DNA of 64,000 nucleotides from Vicugna vicugna (GCA_013265495.1 MU057576.1:282982-346981), one strand, 5' to 3'; counted from the stretch's first letter, positions 1-12,700 are shown. Program-made: numbers and translations. The notes: a model not told the origin generated them from the letters alone.

Positions 1-287
1 CTACAGTCCACAAGCTAAGAATGGATCTCACACATCTAAATGGTTGGCGGGGGTGAGGGGCCGGGAAACCTCTAAATAATAATTCTATCTTTTGACATAT
101 GGAAATTACAAGAAATGCAAATTTTGGTGTCCACTAATAAAGTTTTCTGAGAAGCCACTTGTTCACAGATTCTCTGTGGCTGCTTTTTCCCTACGACAGT
201 GTTGAGTAGTTGTAACAGAGGCCTAATGGCCTTAAAATCGGAAATACTGACTATCTGGACCTTTACAGAAAATTTGTCTTCCTCTGG
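1..287. mobile_element. hAT-Charlie DNA transposon relic, MER58-like
   Basis: Contains 'gctaagaatgg...gagtagttgtaacagag...ctatctggacctttacagaaaatttg', typical of MER58 as recalled. Confidence 0.7.
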
Positions 288-1199
288 CTTGAAAGATATG
301 CAAATCATCTATTCATTTAGAAATAATGTTTAGAGGTTGTCTCCTGCCCCCATTCTGGGTAGGACCAAGAGAGCCTGGAGTTCATGGTAGGTCTACTTTC
401 TTTTAACACTTTGTAGTACAGCTTTCATTGAATAGTTCCAAGGCACCATTACAGGACGATTTTTGAGGACTCCAGGAGATACTTCTCTTAGGTCTTGGGA
501 CCCAGAAAAATCTGTGCCACTTCCGTTGTGACAACCTCACGACCTCTGTGTGTATGCCTCATGTCTTGTTTGGTCTCCTGGTTTCCCTGGAAAAGGCCCC
601 ACCCCAGTCAGGCCCTAGAGCCCTGAGGCTGAGTCCACGTGACCACTGCTGGGTTCATGGAATCCATACCTACCTGTCTAGTTGTTACCGGCCTACCAGC
701 ATATCCATCTCTTTCAAGCTCTTTGGACCTTCTTGATGCTCATTTACCTCCAACCTGACCTTCTCATCACCAGCGGTGTGATTTTTCCCTGCCGGGGCCA
801 CCTTCTTTTCCTCAGTCTATCCAGGGTGCTGGTCCTGGCCAAGCTTGTTTCATCCTTCTGCCAATAAATGCCATGTTGTGTCTGCGTAAAACTGAGCTTT
901 GAAGAATGCCCACACCTAGAAGCAAGGGAAGGGCAAGAAGATATTTGGGGCCAGCCTGTGTTGAGAGCCTCGCTAGGTACCCCTGCGGCACCTTCACAGC
1001 ACCATGAAATCATTTTGATTTTGGCCTATAACCCTGTCCTTCAGTGTCTCCCCAGTGCCCAGTACAGAGTGTGGCTGCATACATGGATTCAATCAATATT
1101 TGTTGAATAAATAAAGGAAAAACTGGAAAGTCAGGAAGGACCTAGAGAGAATTGACTTACTTAAGTCAAGGAAGACAAGTTTTAAGAAAGAATTAGGAA

Positions 1200-1480
1200 T
1201 CTTATGGTTTGCTCCTCACCCGTTGCAGCACTGGTGTGGCAGTTGGTAGGTGACGGTCACCCAAGAGAGGCAAGATAAGTGCCTGTCCATTCTTGATGCT
1301 AAAATGCACTCTTGACGTTATGCTGCCTAAAAGGGTTTCAGTGATGGCTATTTTTTCTTGTGCTACAAGATGCTGCATAATGAGGTAAGTGCCAGAAACA
1401 CTGCCATAGAGGCCTGGGACTAATTGGATAACATACTCTTGGTGTATTCTGTGCAAATTATCTGAGTATCCTTGACGTTT
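1200..1480. mobile_element. Degraded MaLR (MLT1-like) LTR fragment
   Basis: Weak resemblance by eye only ('tgctacaagatgctgcataatgagg...'). Confidence 0.35.
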
Positions 1481-1509
1481 ACCTCTAATTCAGTGACTCA
1501 CAGTCCTGA

Positions 1510-1716
1510 TGTGACTGCTCTCAAGGTGTCTCTAAATAGCTCAAGTATCAGCAGACTCTCCAAATGATGTGAATTTACCTTCATCTGAATACAGAGTCCC
1601 AGGGCCCACCCCCAGGCATATGTAATAGAAATTCTTGGAGTTGGGCCTCGAAACCTGCATTTCTTCACAAAGCTTCTCAGACAGCTCTGATCTAGCACTT
1701 TGGAATCATTGCTCTA
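1510..1716. mobile_element. MER5A-like hAT MITE
   Basis: 'cccagggcccacccccag...gggcctcgaaacctgcatttcttcacaaagcttctcag...tttggaatcattgctcta'. Confidence 0.7.
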
Positions 1717-2290
1717 TTCCATGTCCTCCCATTTTTCCAAACGAGCAAACGAGCCAGGAGAATGTGACTTAGCATTGTCACATTGTGCCAGGATTGGGGC
1801 CAGGATCCTGGCCTCCTGACTCCAGCTCCAGGACTCTCTCTACCATTCTGCTCTGCCTCAAGGTGCCAGACCCTTGAGCCTGACTTCTAGGGAACTGAGC
1901 GAGGCTTACCCACAGCAATCCTGCTCTGCCCGGCCTTGTTCCTAAATGCCAGGCAGCCTGTGGGGGCAGGGAAAGGGGCCGGCAGTGGGTGTGATGTAAT
2001 GTGATCTCTCTGAGAGGCTTCTGCAGCCACAGTGGCAGAGCTGTGAGTCTGGTGAGAACCACTGTCCCACTGGTCTGCTGGGAGCCCTGCCTCCCCGTCC
2101 CACCCCCACCTCCAGCTGTGTTGGGCTACTATCAACCTCTCCCCACCCCATCTGCCAACAATTCCCCCTTCATTCTGTAGCTCCCCAGAGGTGAGGCGAA
2201 GAGGAGAGACGGTTATGCACATGTCTCCTTAGAATAAATGGCTACAAAGAAAGGAACCTAGGGGTTGTGAGAGGAACGGCTGCCTGGGCC

Positions 2291-2346
2291 ATTGCCATAG
2301 CAACGCCTCCATCCTGCCCTAGCAGCTACGTGCTGCCTGGCACGTG
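2291..2346. promoter_or_regulatory. Candidate RFX X-box plus adjacent RCGTG/E-box motifs
   Basis: ATTGCCATAGCAAC at 2291-2304 (13/14 match to GTTGCCATAGCAAC), TACGTG at 2327-2332 and CACGTG at 2341-2346, in non-repeat DNA. Motif match only. Confidence 0.4.
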
Positions 2347-3640
2347 CACTGTGTCAGGTCCCTGAGGGCACTGCTGTCTCTCACTCGCTCATGGTTCAGG
2401 AGTGAGTTTTTAATCCTGGTATTCAAATAATAATATCCAAAGGCATCCGTGGGACCTTGAACCAGCTGGAGCTGAAAGCACTTGTCCGTGGGCCGTCTCT
2501 GGAGTGTCCGGGACTCGGGCACCGCTCTCTTCCTCCTTCCGCAGGGCTGGCATGCGGTGGCTGCTTAAGTACTGTTGCATGAATGGCTGAACAAATGAGA
2601 ATTTCTCTGAGGCTCGGTAAATTCTTCTGGAGGTGAGAGAAAAACCACAGTAGAGCAAGATAGGCCCCCTCCAGTTAGGGGAGACACACAGTGATCTCCA
2701 AGTTACTTCTAAGAGCCTCCCCTCTTCACGCCTTGCAAACTGCGTGCCTGCCGGCCCCTCTGGGCTGCAAGCCGCCACTGCTGAGGAGTCAGTAACAAAG
2801 TGTCTCCCCTGCCTGGGGCATGTGACCTCCTTCCTCTGCAGAATCATCCTCCCATACCTCTCCCACAAAACACAGACACACAGACACCCCCCCCACACAC
2901 ACACACTTTGGGAGAAAATCACACACTTTGTGTGAAATCTCCGTGATGAACATGTTTATAGGGAGAGAGAAGATGCTTGGACACCTGCGAAGGATTTGCC
3001 ATCGTCATCAGAGCCCAGAGCACATTTAAAAACAGAGATCTTCAATATTCTTCGAGGGTGGCTTTTGAATTTGGAAATACCAAACAAGACTGGTGAACAA
3101 ATTAGGTAAATAAACCAGATCATACCATTGGGGATAAAAGACTCCTTACACTTAAATAAATTGAGAGGCTTGGATTTTGTTTGTGTTTGTTTTTGTTTTT
3201 GTTTTTGCAGGGTCAGTGAGTCATTCGGGAAACATTCTGTGGGTGTGTTCCATGATCATTTCAGGGCCTGGGGACCCGGAGAAGTGGGGACCTGGGGTGG
3301 GATAGGATCTAAGGGTGAGAAGGGAGTCTCAGTCCCTGGGGAGACAAACAGGACAGAGCTGCACGCCGCCCCTGCACTGGGCCTCAGACCCCATCCAGTG
3401 CGACACCTCCAATCCACCAGCCCCTCCCTCTCTCTGGCCCCCTGCCCAGTGACAAAGGTTTGCCGAAAACGCCTAGAGGAAATTCAGCGGCACAGGCAGC
3501 CCATCACTGCAGGTTTTATGAGGCCCTCAACGCTGCCCATTGTTATCTTCTGAGCCTCCTTAATGGCTCACTTGCTTTCACAAGCTGTTTTGAATTTTTT
3601 AAAATATATTTTACTTATTTATTATTGTATGATTTAATTA

Positions 3641-3769
3641 TTTTATTTTGGCAGTGGAGGGGGCAGGTATTTAGGTTCTTTTTTTTTTTCTAGAGGAGGT
3701 ACTGGGGATTGAACCCAGGATCTCATGCATGCGAGCATGCACTCTACCCCTTGAGCTATGCCCTTCCCC
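3641..3769 (-). mobile_element. Camelid tRNA-derived SINE (vic-1 type)
   Basis: Minus strand reads GGGGAAGGGCATAGCTCAAGGGGTAGAGTGCATGCT...CCTGGGTTCAATCCCCAGTACCTCC with Pol III A/B boxes and an A-rich tail. Confidence 0.9.
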
Positions 3770-4309
3770 CTCCGGCTGTGAATTTTAACCACTCTCCTCA
3801 TGCCCCTGGGCCACCATCTCCTCCCTCATGAGGCACAGATAACTCATCTCATATCTTCCAGAGAAAATAGAGATTCTGAGACTGGAGCTCCCTCAACCCC
3901 ACCCCCATACACCCATTTTCATCTTTCTAGGGACCAATCAGCCCCTTACCTCTTCCAGCTCAGGGAAGGAGGCGGGTCTGCTCCTGTCCAAATCTAAGGC
4001 CTCCTGTGTGATCCTGAGTTCACTCCCCAGGTAACTGGCCCCAGGAGCCTCTTCCTTTCTAGCAATGTTATCCCCACATCACAGGAACATACCAAGGCTC
4101 GCCCAGCAGTTTAAAAGCAGCCAGACCCGCAACAACAAACCCTTGACACTTTGTCTCTTCCAGGCACTGTTTTATACCACGCTTTTCCTCTCCAGTGGAA
4201 GTTTATTTCAAGAAGAAAGAATTCTTTTGGAAAGGTTAAACATTCTTAGGGTTTTTTTTTAAATCAGTATTTTAAGTTAAAAAAAATTTTTTTCCTTAGC
4301 CAAGAAACT

Positions 4310-4985
4310 GTTTTTTTAATTGAAGTATAGTCAGTTCACCATGTGCCTATTTCTTGTGTACAGCACAGTGTCCCAGTCACGCATATGCATACATGTTTGT
4401 CTTCATATTATTTTTCATTGAAGGTTATTGCAAGATATTGACTATAGTTCCTTGTGCTCTACAGTAGAAATTTGTTTCTTATCTATTTTTATACAGAGTG
4501 GTTATCATTTGCAAATCTCTAACTCCCAGATTTATCCCTTCCCGTTCCCTTCCCCCTCCATAACCATAAGATTGTTTACTAAGGCTGCAAGTCTGTTTCT
4601 GTTTTGTAGATGAGTTCATTAGTGTCCCTTTTTTCTTTTTCTTTGTTTTTTTTTTAATTCCACACATGAGTGATATCATATGGTATTTTTCTTTCGCTTT
4701 CTGGCTTACTTCACTTAGACTGATGATCTCCAGGTTCATCCATGTTGCTGCAAATGGCATTATTTCATTCTTTTTTATCACTGAGTAGTATTCCATTGTA
4801 TAAATATACCACCACTTCTTTATCCAGTCATCTGTTGATGGACATTTAGGTTGCTTCCATGTCTTGGCTATTGTAAATAGTGCTGCTATGAACATTGGGG
4901 TGCACATATCTTTTCAAATTAGAGTTCCTTCTGCATAAATGCCCTGCAAGCCCACTCCTGGGCACATGTCTGGAGGGAACTCCAA
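4310..4985 (-). mobile_element. 5'-truncated L1 (ORF2 C-terminus + 3' UTR)
   Basis: ORF 4479..4907 gives the L1 ORF2 end '[41 protein letters not shown]'. Confidence 0.93.
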
Positions 4986-5329
4986 TCAATATTTTTAGAA
5001 GCCAACAAGGTCGTCATTTTTTTAAATTTTTTTAATTTAAATATTGTCAATTTACAGTGTATACAATGTCTTCTTTAAATCCCAGTTCTCTTTTCAGAGG
5101 CTACCTTTTTCCCACCATTTTCTTTTATACAGAGAATTATGTCTATTTTTACCTTTTCTCTTGCTATTCTCACATAGTGACAAGCATTCCATATTAGCAT
5201 ATATAGATCTGCCCTATTTTTTCCCAATATCCCACATTGTACTCCAAAGTACACAAAATAGATATATCAAAATGTATTTGACAAGTCTTCCTTTGGTGCA
5301 TGTTTGGATCCCTCTTTTGCTCTTTCAAA

Positions 5330-5850
5330 TAATATTTCAGTTACTCATCATACACTGATGCTATTCTGAATACAAATGTTTCTGTAGAATAAATTCCTAG
5401 GTGTGGAATTATGGGAGCAAGCTGTGTGCACATTGGGGACTGCAAAAGATGTTGCCAAACAGGCCCACCATAGAAAATGTACCCATTTACACTCCCACCA
5501 GCAAAGAATAAGAGTGACTATTTCCTAACTCCTTAACAACATGGAGGTGTCCAACTTTTTTTTTTACCTTTCTCAGTCTAAGTGAAAATGGTATTTTAAT
5601 ATAGTTTTAATTTCATTTTCCCTTACAATTGGTGAGGATTTTTTTTTCATGTGCTTAAGAACCTTTTGTATTTTCTTTTCTGTAAACTGTTCATCTCTTT
5701 TGTCCATTCTTACACTGGGTGGCTCTCTTCCTTATTGACATGTGGAAGCTTTTTATGTTAAGTCCCTTTTTATGATGGGTTACCTTATTTTTTCCAATTT
5801 GTTGCTTATATTTTGATTGTGCCTATGATGGTTTTTGTAATGCAGTTTTT
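5330..5850 (-). mobile_element. Old L1 (L1M/L1ME-type) ORF2 remnant
   Basis: 'aattcctaggtgtggaatt...tttacactcccaccagcaa' resembles antisense L1 ORF2 3' region; heavily diverged. Confidence 0.65.
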
Positions 5851-6009
5851 GATTGTGGAAATGTATAAACAACATGAAATTCATCATTGTAACTAGCTTT
5901 AAGTATATAGTTCAGTGGCATTAAGTGTATTTACATTAAGTGCAACCATCATCACCATCCATCTCCAGAACTCTGCATCTTCCTGAACTGAAGCTCCAGA
6001 CCCATTCGA

Positions 6010-6340
6010 CTGAATTTATCACTATTTTGTTTTTTTTAATTTTTTTTTTTGGTGGGGGTGAGGTAATTAGGTTTTTATTTATTTTTAGAGGAGGTACTGG
6101 GGATTGAACCCAGGACCTCTTGCATGCTAAGCACACGTTCCACTGCTTGAGCTATACCCTTCCCCCATTCACCTTTTTCTTTTGAACTTTGGAGTTGTAT
6201 ATGAAACATAGAAAAGCTTTCTCTTTTCCCAGATTTTTTTTTAAGTAACTGCACACTGCTGAATTTATCACCTCTTTCTTTTGAACTTTGGAGTTTTATA
6301 TAATACATAGAAAAGCTTTCTCTTTTCCCAGAATTTTTTT
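6010..6340 (+). repeat. Local ~85 bp direct duplication, first copy interrupted by a SINE
   Basis: 'ctgaatttatcac' at 6010 and 6259; 'ttcttttgaactttggagtt...acatagaaaagctttctcttttcccaga' at ~6177-6232 and ~6276-6331. Confidence 0.85.
6024..6165 (-). mobile_element. Camelid vic-1-type SINE
   Basis: tRNA-like head GGGGAAGGGTATAGCTCAAGCAGTGGAACG...GGTTCAATCCCC and 'AAACCTAATTACCTC' tail motif. Confidence 0.92.
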
Positions 6341-6369
6341 CTTATTCTAGAATTTTTTTTTTCTTCTGA

Positions 6370-6975
6370 TCAATGTTTCTCAGTCCTGGCTGCATTCCAA
6401 TTATTGGGGCAGCTTTTAAAAATTATGAGTGTCTAGGCCTTACCTCCACAGATTTTGATTTAAGTAGCTTGGGATGGGACCCAAACACTGGTAATTTTCT
6501 TTGAAGTATAGTTGGTATACAATAATATATAAGTTGCAGGTGTACAATATAGTGATTCACAATTTTTAAAGGTTACACTCCATTTATAGTTATTATAAAA
6601 TATTGACTATATTCCCCGTGTTGTACAATCCATCCTTGTAGCTTATTTTATACATAGTTTGTGCCTCTTAATCCCCTCCCCCTTTGCCCCTCCCCCTTCC
6701 CTCTCCCTGCTGGTAACCACTCGTTCCTTCTCTACATCTTTGAGTCTGTTTCTTTTACATTATATTCACTAGTTTGTTGTATTTTTTAGATTCCACATAT
6801 AAATGATATCCTACAGTATCTGTCTTTCTCTGTCTGACTAATTTTACTTCGTATGATGCCTTCCAAGTCCATCCATGTTGCTTCAAATGGCAAAAGTTTA
6901 TTCTTTTTTATGGTAATTCTTAAATAAATTCCTGGGGTGATTCTGAAGCTCAGCCAGCATTGAGAATGACTGTTT
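6370..6975. mobile_element. MER5A-like element split by an L1 3' fragment
   Basis: MER5A halves at ~6370-6490 and ~6915-6975; 'tggtaatt' duplicated on both sides of the L1 insert. Confidence 0.6.
6500..6912 (-). mobile_element. L1 3' UTR fragment
   Basis: 'gaagtatagttgg...tttagattccacatata...tccatccatgttgc' is a typical antisense laurasiatherian L1 3' end. Confidence 0.88.
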
Positions 6976-7229
6976 TTGCATGTTTATAATTTCATCATAT
7001 TTTAAAGCTTTTGGCTCATCTGGAATTTAAACTAAGAATGATGTGGAAGTTAATCTAGTTTTTTTTCCAGATGATCCATTTAATAAATGTGAACTATCCA
7101 AACTGACTTCAGAAGTGAGAGAAATTCCTGCCCCCAGCACGTAGTATTTGGGTGTTTGGGGGCAAGTGAAGCTCTCTATGTCTCAGTTTCTTCATATGTA
7201 AAATGGGAATAGTGATAATATTTCATACA

Positions 7230-7385
7230 AGTATTTAATATTTAATAATTTATTTCATTTACTATTTGATATCTAATTCAACCTTAATCTATTAATTTAA
7301 TTGTTAAATTAAATATTATTAAGATTAATAGTACCATATTAAGATAAAATATTAAAATAAAATATTAATATGATATTATTAATGT
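7230..7385. repeat. AT-rich low-complexity tract
   Basis: Almost exclusively A/T (taatatt/attaa units). Confidence 0.8.
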
Positions 7386-7618
7386 GACCGCTATTGTTTC
7401 AGTTCAACAAATGAACACACGCAGAGCCAACACAGATCTGATGTAATGTTATATAATCATTACAAATTACACCTTAAAAGAATTTAGTTTAAGTGAAAAG
7501 AGGCTATAAAATTAACTTATTTAGATAAAAATGCATATACATTAAATACTGCAAAGAAATACACCAACGTATTAGCTGTGATTATGTTACCGGAAAACTG
7601 GGTCCACTTGTTGGTAGG

Positions 7619-8129
7619 TGTTGAGCCAAAAGACACAACTTCTCTCGGGAGAAGGAAGGATTCATTCTTGCAGCAAGTAAGGAGAACATGTGGATGTTTC
7701 CGAAAGCAGCGTCTCCCATCACAAAATTGGAGAAGTCTCAAGCTAAAGGTACGTGCAAATTCATGAAGGGGCTTGGGCCGTCAACAGAGTCCAAGCTTTA
7801 GTTGATGGAAGTCACAAGGGTCAGAAAAGGTCAGCATCATCGACCCTTGGTTCCAGCTGATCTGCTGATTGAGCACTTCAGACTAATCTTTGCCTTTGAA
7901 ACAGAACTGGGAGTCTTTACAACTGACACGCTATCTTTGCTATTGTTACTTCTCTTACCTGTATTCTTTCACTCCCTTAAGCCCATTAATTACTGAGACC
8001 TGTTCAAAGGCAAGCATCGCGGCCAGGCTTAGATCACACAATGGCTTGAGCCAAAAATGGCTTCTCTTATGTCAAGAAAGCCTTGCCTGGTTCTCTTTCT
8101 CTGGAGACTCTCTACCTTATCTGCTTACA
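7619..8129 (-). mobile_element. Solo ERV LTR (ERV1-like)
   Basis: TG...CA bounded ~510 bp segment with LTR-like content ('gcagcaagtaaggagaac...aagcagcgtctccc'). TSD not clear. Confidence 0.6.
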
Positions 8130-8649
8130 GTCATATTTGGGTGAAAGGAGAACATGAATTCTTTTTTTTTTCCTTACTTTTCCTATATTTATCAAGTTGC
8201 CTACAATGAGCAGGTACTGATTATATCTAGGGTGGGAAGGGGAAGGAGGTTTTGAAAATTGCTAAGACAGGTCTGTCGATCTGGATTCCATCCTTCAGCA
8301 TCTGCCCAGCACTGTTCAAAGAGCCTGTTCAGTATATCGCATTCGTGTTGTGGAGAGCTTTATTGGGGGGGAGGGGGAGGCCAGCATTAGGACTCAGCCT
8401 CCAGACATACTCTGGACTCTTCTAACGTGGCTAACTGCCCTTGAATCCAGCATTGTGCTATCACTTTATCAACAGTGTCATAAAAGACCTTATCAAAAGC
8501 CTTGCAAAAGCCTCCATTTATTTGTTCAGTCAACAAATGTCGACTGAGTCTCTATTATGCTCCAGGCCTTGTGTCTGTCTATTTCCTTAACAGATGAGCC
8601 TAGAAATAATATTAAAGAAAGAAAAAGGTCAGGCTGAAATATTCTGTTT

Positions 8650-8783
8650 ATTTTTCTTCTTTTGTTGTGGGGGGGAGTGGTAATTAGGTTTATTTGTTTA
8701 TTTTTAAAGGAGATACTGGAGGTTGAACCCAGGATCTCATGCATGCTAAGCACATGCTCTACCACTTGAGCTGTACCCTCCCC
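8650..8783 (-). mobile_element. Camelid vic-1-type SINE
   Basis: SINE consensus; flanking duplication 'tattctgttt' (8640-8649 / 8789-8798). Confidence 0.92.
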
Positions 8784-9284
8784 TGACGTATTCTGTTTTT
8801 AAAAATCTCACAGTGAATGCCAGTGATTTTTTGCTTTCCCCAAAGTCTCACCAACTTCATTATTATTTTTTTAAGTAGTGTCATCTAGCGTCTGGTCTGG
8901 GACTGAAGGCAAACACAGCCAGTGGTATTTGAGCAAACTGTGTTCTACCCCTTAGGCATCCAAATGATTTTTATTTGGTTCTTTTCTTCCAGGCCTTCTG
9001 TCATTGCCCTAAAATGGCGCAGTGAGCACCAGTGGGGCCATTCCTCTGTCCTGCAAACCTTCCAGGAACTGGGCTCCCGGTTCTTTGCACCGGGAGTCTG
9101 GAACTCAACGAGACCAACAAAATCCTGGAAACTCTTCCCCTATCTTGGCATTCATGTGGGAGAAGCCCACAGGGACTCCCAGAGACTTTTAAATGCTAGA
9201 GAAAATTTCTCTGACCTCACTCAAATTCTTTAGAAGCTTCTAAACACCACTAAAAATACTTACTTTAACAAAGATAAAACCTAT

Positions 9285-9430
9285 GGGGGAAGAGGGTAGA
9301 GCTGAGAGAGAGAGTGCCTGCTTAGCATGCACAACGTCTTGGGCTTAACCTCCAGTACCTCCACTAAAAATAATAATGAAATAAACCTCATTGCCTCCTG
9401 CCCCCTGAATAAATACATAAATACATAAAT
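9285..9430 (+). mobile_element. Camelid vic-1-type SINE (diverged)
   Basis: 'gcttagcatgcac...ccagtacctccactaaaaa'; TSD 'ataaaaccta' on both sides. Confidence 0.85.
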
Positions 9431-9969
9431 AATAAAACCTAAAAGTAAAAGCAGGTCTGTTCTTTCCTAATGCATAAAGGACTACTCTAAACTGTTAGAT
9501 AATAAATCGAAACTTCAAAGAGCTGAACGGTGATTACTTGAATGAATGGCAAATGAATAAATGAGTGAGTGCTCTATAGTAACACAGAGTAGGTCTAACT
9601 AATGCAGACCACATAACGAGAGGTGCCAACTGTGGGAAAGCACTTTCCACTTTCAAATTTAGAAGGAAATTAGATATATGATCCTAAGTTCTTTTTTAAG
9701 GTGGTGCAGAAACATTTAAAATAATGCGGTCTTTAATATGGTGTCTTAGTGTAGCAAGGAGAAAATTTTTCCAGGGGGGTCCTTATTTTGGGCAGCATCT
9801 ATTTCACACATAAAACTCAGGACTTCAGAGAATAAAAGTTTCTTAAGCAAGTGGTTCCAGAAGTTTGATCTCTAACTTTCAGCATAACTCAGAATCCTCT
9901 GGAAGTCTTGCTAAAATATAGATTGCTGGTTCCCACCTCTGACTTTCTGATTAAGCAGGTCTGGGATGC

Positions 9970-10203
9970 AGGGAAAAGGAAGAAAGAAAGAGAGAAAAAG
10001 AAAGGAAGGAAAGAGAGAAAGAGAAAGAAAAGAGAGAAAGAGAGAAAGAGAGAAAGAGAAAGAAAGAAAAGGAAAGAAAGAAAGAAAGAAAGAAAGAAAG
10101 AGAAAAAGGAAGGAAGAAAGAAAGAAAAAGAAGAAGGAAGGAAGGAGGAGGGAGGGAAGGAGGAAAGAAAGGAAGAAAAGAAAGAGAGAAAGGAAGGAAG
10201 GAA
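9970..10203 (+). repeat. Pure-purine compound microsatellite (GAAA/GGAA/GAGA)n after a MER5A-like fragment (~9845-9970)
   Basis: About 230 bp containing only A and G. Confidence 0.95.
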
Positions 10204-10959
10204 ACCCTAAAGGTGATGAAAAAGAAAAGTGTGAGGGACGCTTGCCGGAGGGGTTGATTCTTCTATAACGAGCTACAGAAGGAGCAAAGGGGGAAACCCT
10301 GACAGTAACAGCTAACATCTGTGAGCGATGCCAGTGTGCTTACTCATGTATTCATTCATTCATTCATCCTCCCATCAGTCTGAGGAGATGGGTGGCATCG
10401 TTGATGCCATCATCATCATCATCATCATCATTTCCTTTCAACAGATGGGGAAACTGATGCACACGCTAGTAACTGGAAAAGCCAGGATTTGGACCCCAAA
10501 ATTTCAACTTCTATGTTAACCTCCACGTAACCTCCAACTTAACCCCACATTACAACCCTTTCTGAGGAAGCTCTGATCACCTGGCCAGCCTTCACAAAAG
10601 CAGGTCTAGGATGGTATTTAGCCCCAGACCCTCTCATATAAATGCCTTATGGATAGTCAGAGGGTCACTGATAAATGTGCCCCTCTCTTAAGACCCAACA
10701 CCTTCCACAGTGGGTGTTTATCATTTTCCCCATGTCACGGATGAAGAAAGTGTAGCTCAGAAGGCGTTAAGTTCATTTAAAGCATTGTCATGTCCGAAGC
10801 GTCCCACTCTCTGGCACTCAGCACCGTGCGCCTCCCAGGGAGGCACCCTAACCACACCGGCCCTCCCCCCAGCTCAGCGCCCGCCCAGCCCTCTGATGGG
10901 ATGCTGTGCGCCTGGGCAGGGTCTCCCCACGCAGCCACCCTGAGTCACGTCAGCCTCAC

Positions 10960-11160
10960 AGTGTGGTGAGGAAGGAATATTTTGGGGTTTTGAGTCCTGG
11001 CTTTGTCATTTGCAGCCTGTGGGGCCCCAGACCCACCCCTTAACCTCTCTGAGCACAGTTTTCCTCATCTGTAGAATGGAGATTAAAAACAGTGCTGATT
11101 TCTAGAGCTGTTGTGAGAATTAAACGAAAGAATGCACCAAAAGTGAGCACTGAATAAATG
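10960..11160 (+). mobile_element. MIR SINE relic
   Basis: Core 'taacctctctgagcacagttttcctcatctgtagaatgg'. Similar MIR relics at ~7170, 10300-10500, 17210-17380, 32250-32570, 34985-35220, 39150-39480, 44900-45100, 45320-45500 and 55850-55990. Confidence 0.75.
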
Positions 11161-11770
11161 GAAACGCATTTCGTTACCCTCTGCCTCCGTCCCGTCGACC
11201 CTTCGGCCGCCCCTGGCTGTGTTCCCAGCCCCTGTGCAGAGTGGGGTTATAGAGGTGCTGCTCACCCCAGCAAGCGCTGGCAGCTTGCAGTGGCCCGAGG
11301 CCTCTGCTTCGGGCACTCACTGGGCTTCCTATGTTGTATGAGGGCCCAGCATTCATTTATGGCTGAGGCTTCAAGTCTGAGCTTCTAGGAGCCCCCAGGG
11401 GATCTGCTGGGGGTGGAGAGGAAGAAAGGAGAGTAGGAGGCGAAGGAAGGAATGGGCTTCGAAGAACAATTTCTTTTGAAGGGAGTTTCATGAAGTTTTT
11501 GCTTTATTTTCCATTTGAAAACCACTGACTGGCAGCATTGTTTCTATGAGGGAGACTGTGTTTCAAGTCCAAGACTATACACTTAGGACACAATCTGTTC
11601 CTCTTGCAAGAGTGACATAATCAATGAGCCAGTCTCAAAATGCTGCAAAAGGCAGCGAGACAGAACCTGGCCTCTCAACCCAGACACGAGAAGCATTCTA
11701 AGCTTAAGAGTAGCTAGTGTACGCGCCTCTTCTTTTAACTAAACACATCTATTCATTCAACAATGATTTA

Positions 11771-11851
11771 GGGGGGAATGTATAGCTCAAGCAGTAGAGT
11801 GTATGCTTAGCATGCACAAGGTCCTGGGTTCAATCCCCAGTGCTCCTCTAA

Positions 11852-11897
<46 letters not shown>

Positions 11898-11936
11898 CCT
11901 AATTACCTCCCCCCACCAAAATAAAAATAAAATAAA
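11771..11936 (+). mobile_element. Camelid vic-1-type SINE with internal (ATCA)n
   Basis: SINE consensus; TSD 'aacaatgattta' 11759-11770 / 11937-11948; (ATCA)n at ~11852-11893. Confidence 0.95.
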
Positions 11937-12289
11937 AACAATGATTTATCCAGGTCCTGACATAAGCCAGCCTCTGAGGCCAGCACTGGGGATACTGAGA
12001 TGAATGAACTCTGGGCCCAGCCTCCCATGAGTGGTTTTGCCTCATGGGAGAGACGGATGGGGACGCTATGAGCTCCCTCAGGTGGGGCAGGAGTACAAAG
12101 CGACAGAAAGGGTTTCCAAGGGGAAGAGTCAAGCTTCATGAGGAAAACAGCACTGGATTGAGACTCAAAAGCTCAGCAGGTGCTGGGAGTGGGGTGAGTC
12201 TAAAACATGGAGCGTCGCATGGGAAGGCAAGACAGCAAAGCACAGGTACCAGGCAGGCCCACCACACACCTGCCCCTAACTCCTCTTCA

Positions 12290-12700
12290 GACTGCCCCTG
12301 GATCAGTGCACGCGAGATCCTGTGTCCACTCCCTAAGAGAATGAAGTCTCTGTCTCTCCCAGTCCTGTGGGCTCCTGACGTTAAGCCCCGCTGGCCTTCA
12401 AAACCAGATGTCTTGGGGTCTCCTCCTCCTCCCACTGCCGGAACCCTGGGCTGGGGGGCCTGACGGGGGTGCTCAAAACTCTCACTCCCGTGGGAGGGCC
12501 TCTGTGACTTACCTGTTGTTCAGCTTGTGGGTCGCCCACCACGGAGGTCACGGGGCCCAACTATATCATGAGACCCCCCGCCTATCTTCCTGCTGTGGCT
12601 CTGTGTCAGTGTTTCCAGTTGAAGTAGACCTTTTTTGCTAGGCTTCAGTCTTTTGGGCTCTTCAGCAGTCAGTGGTGGTTTTGTTGTCCTTGCGAGCAGA
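12290..12700 (-). mobile_element. L1 5' UTR-region fragment
   Basis: 'aactctcactcccgtgggagggcctctgtga...ttgtgggtcgcccacc' resembles the antisense 5' region of laurasiatherian L1s (from recall). Confidence 0.6.

Noticed and set aside
9908..10318. K/E/R-rich and F/L/S-rich ORFs
   Set aside because: Translation of a purine microsatellite.
11771..11845. tRNA gene (and the same at other SINE heads)
   Set aside because: The tRNA-like heads continue into the SINE tail with TSDs, so they are SINEs, not tRNA genes.
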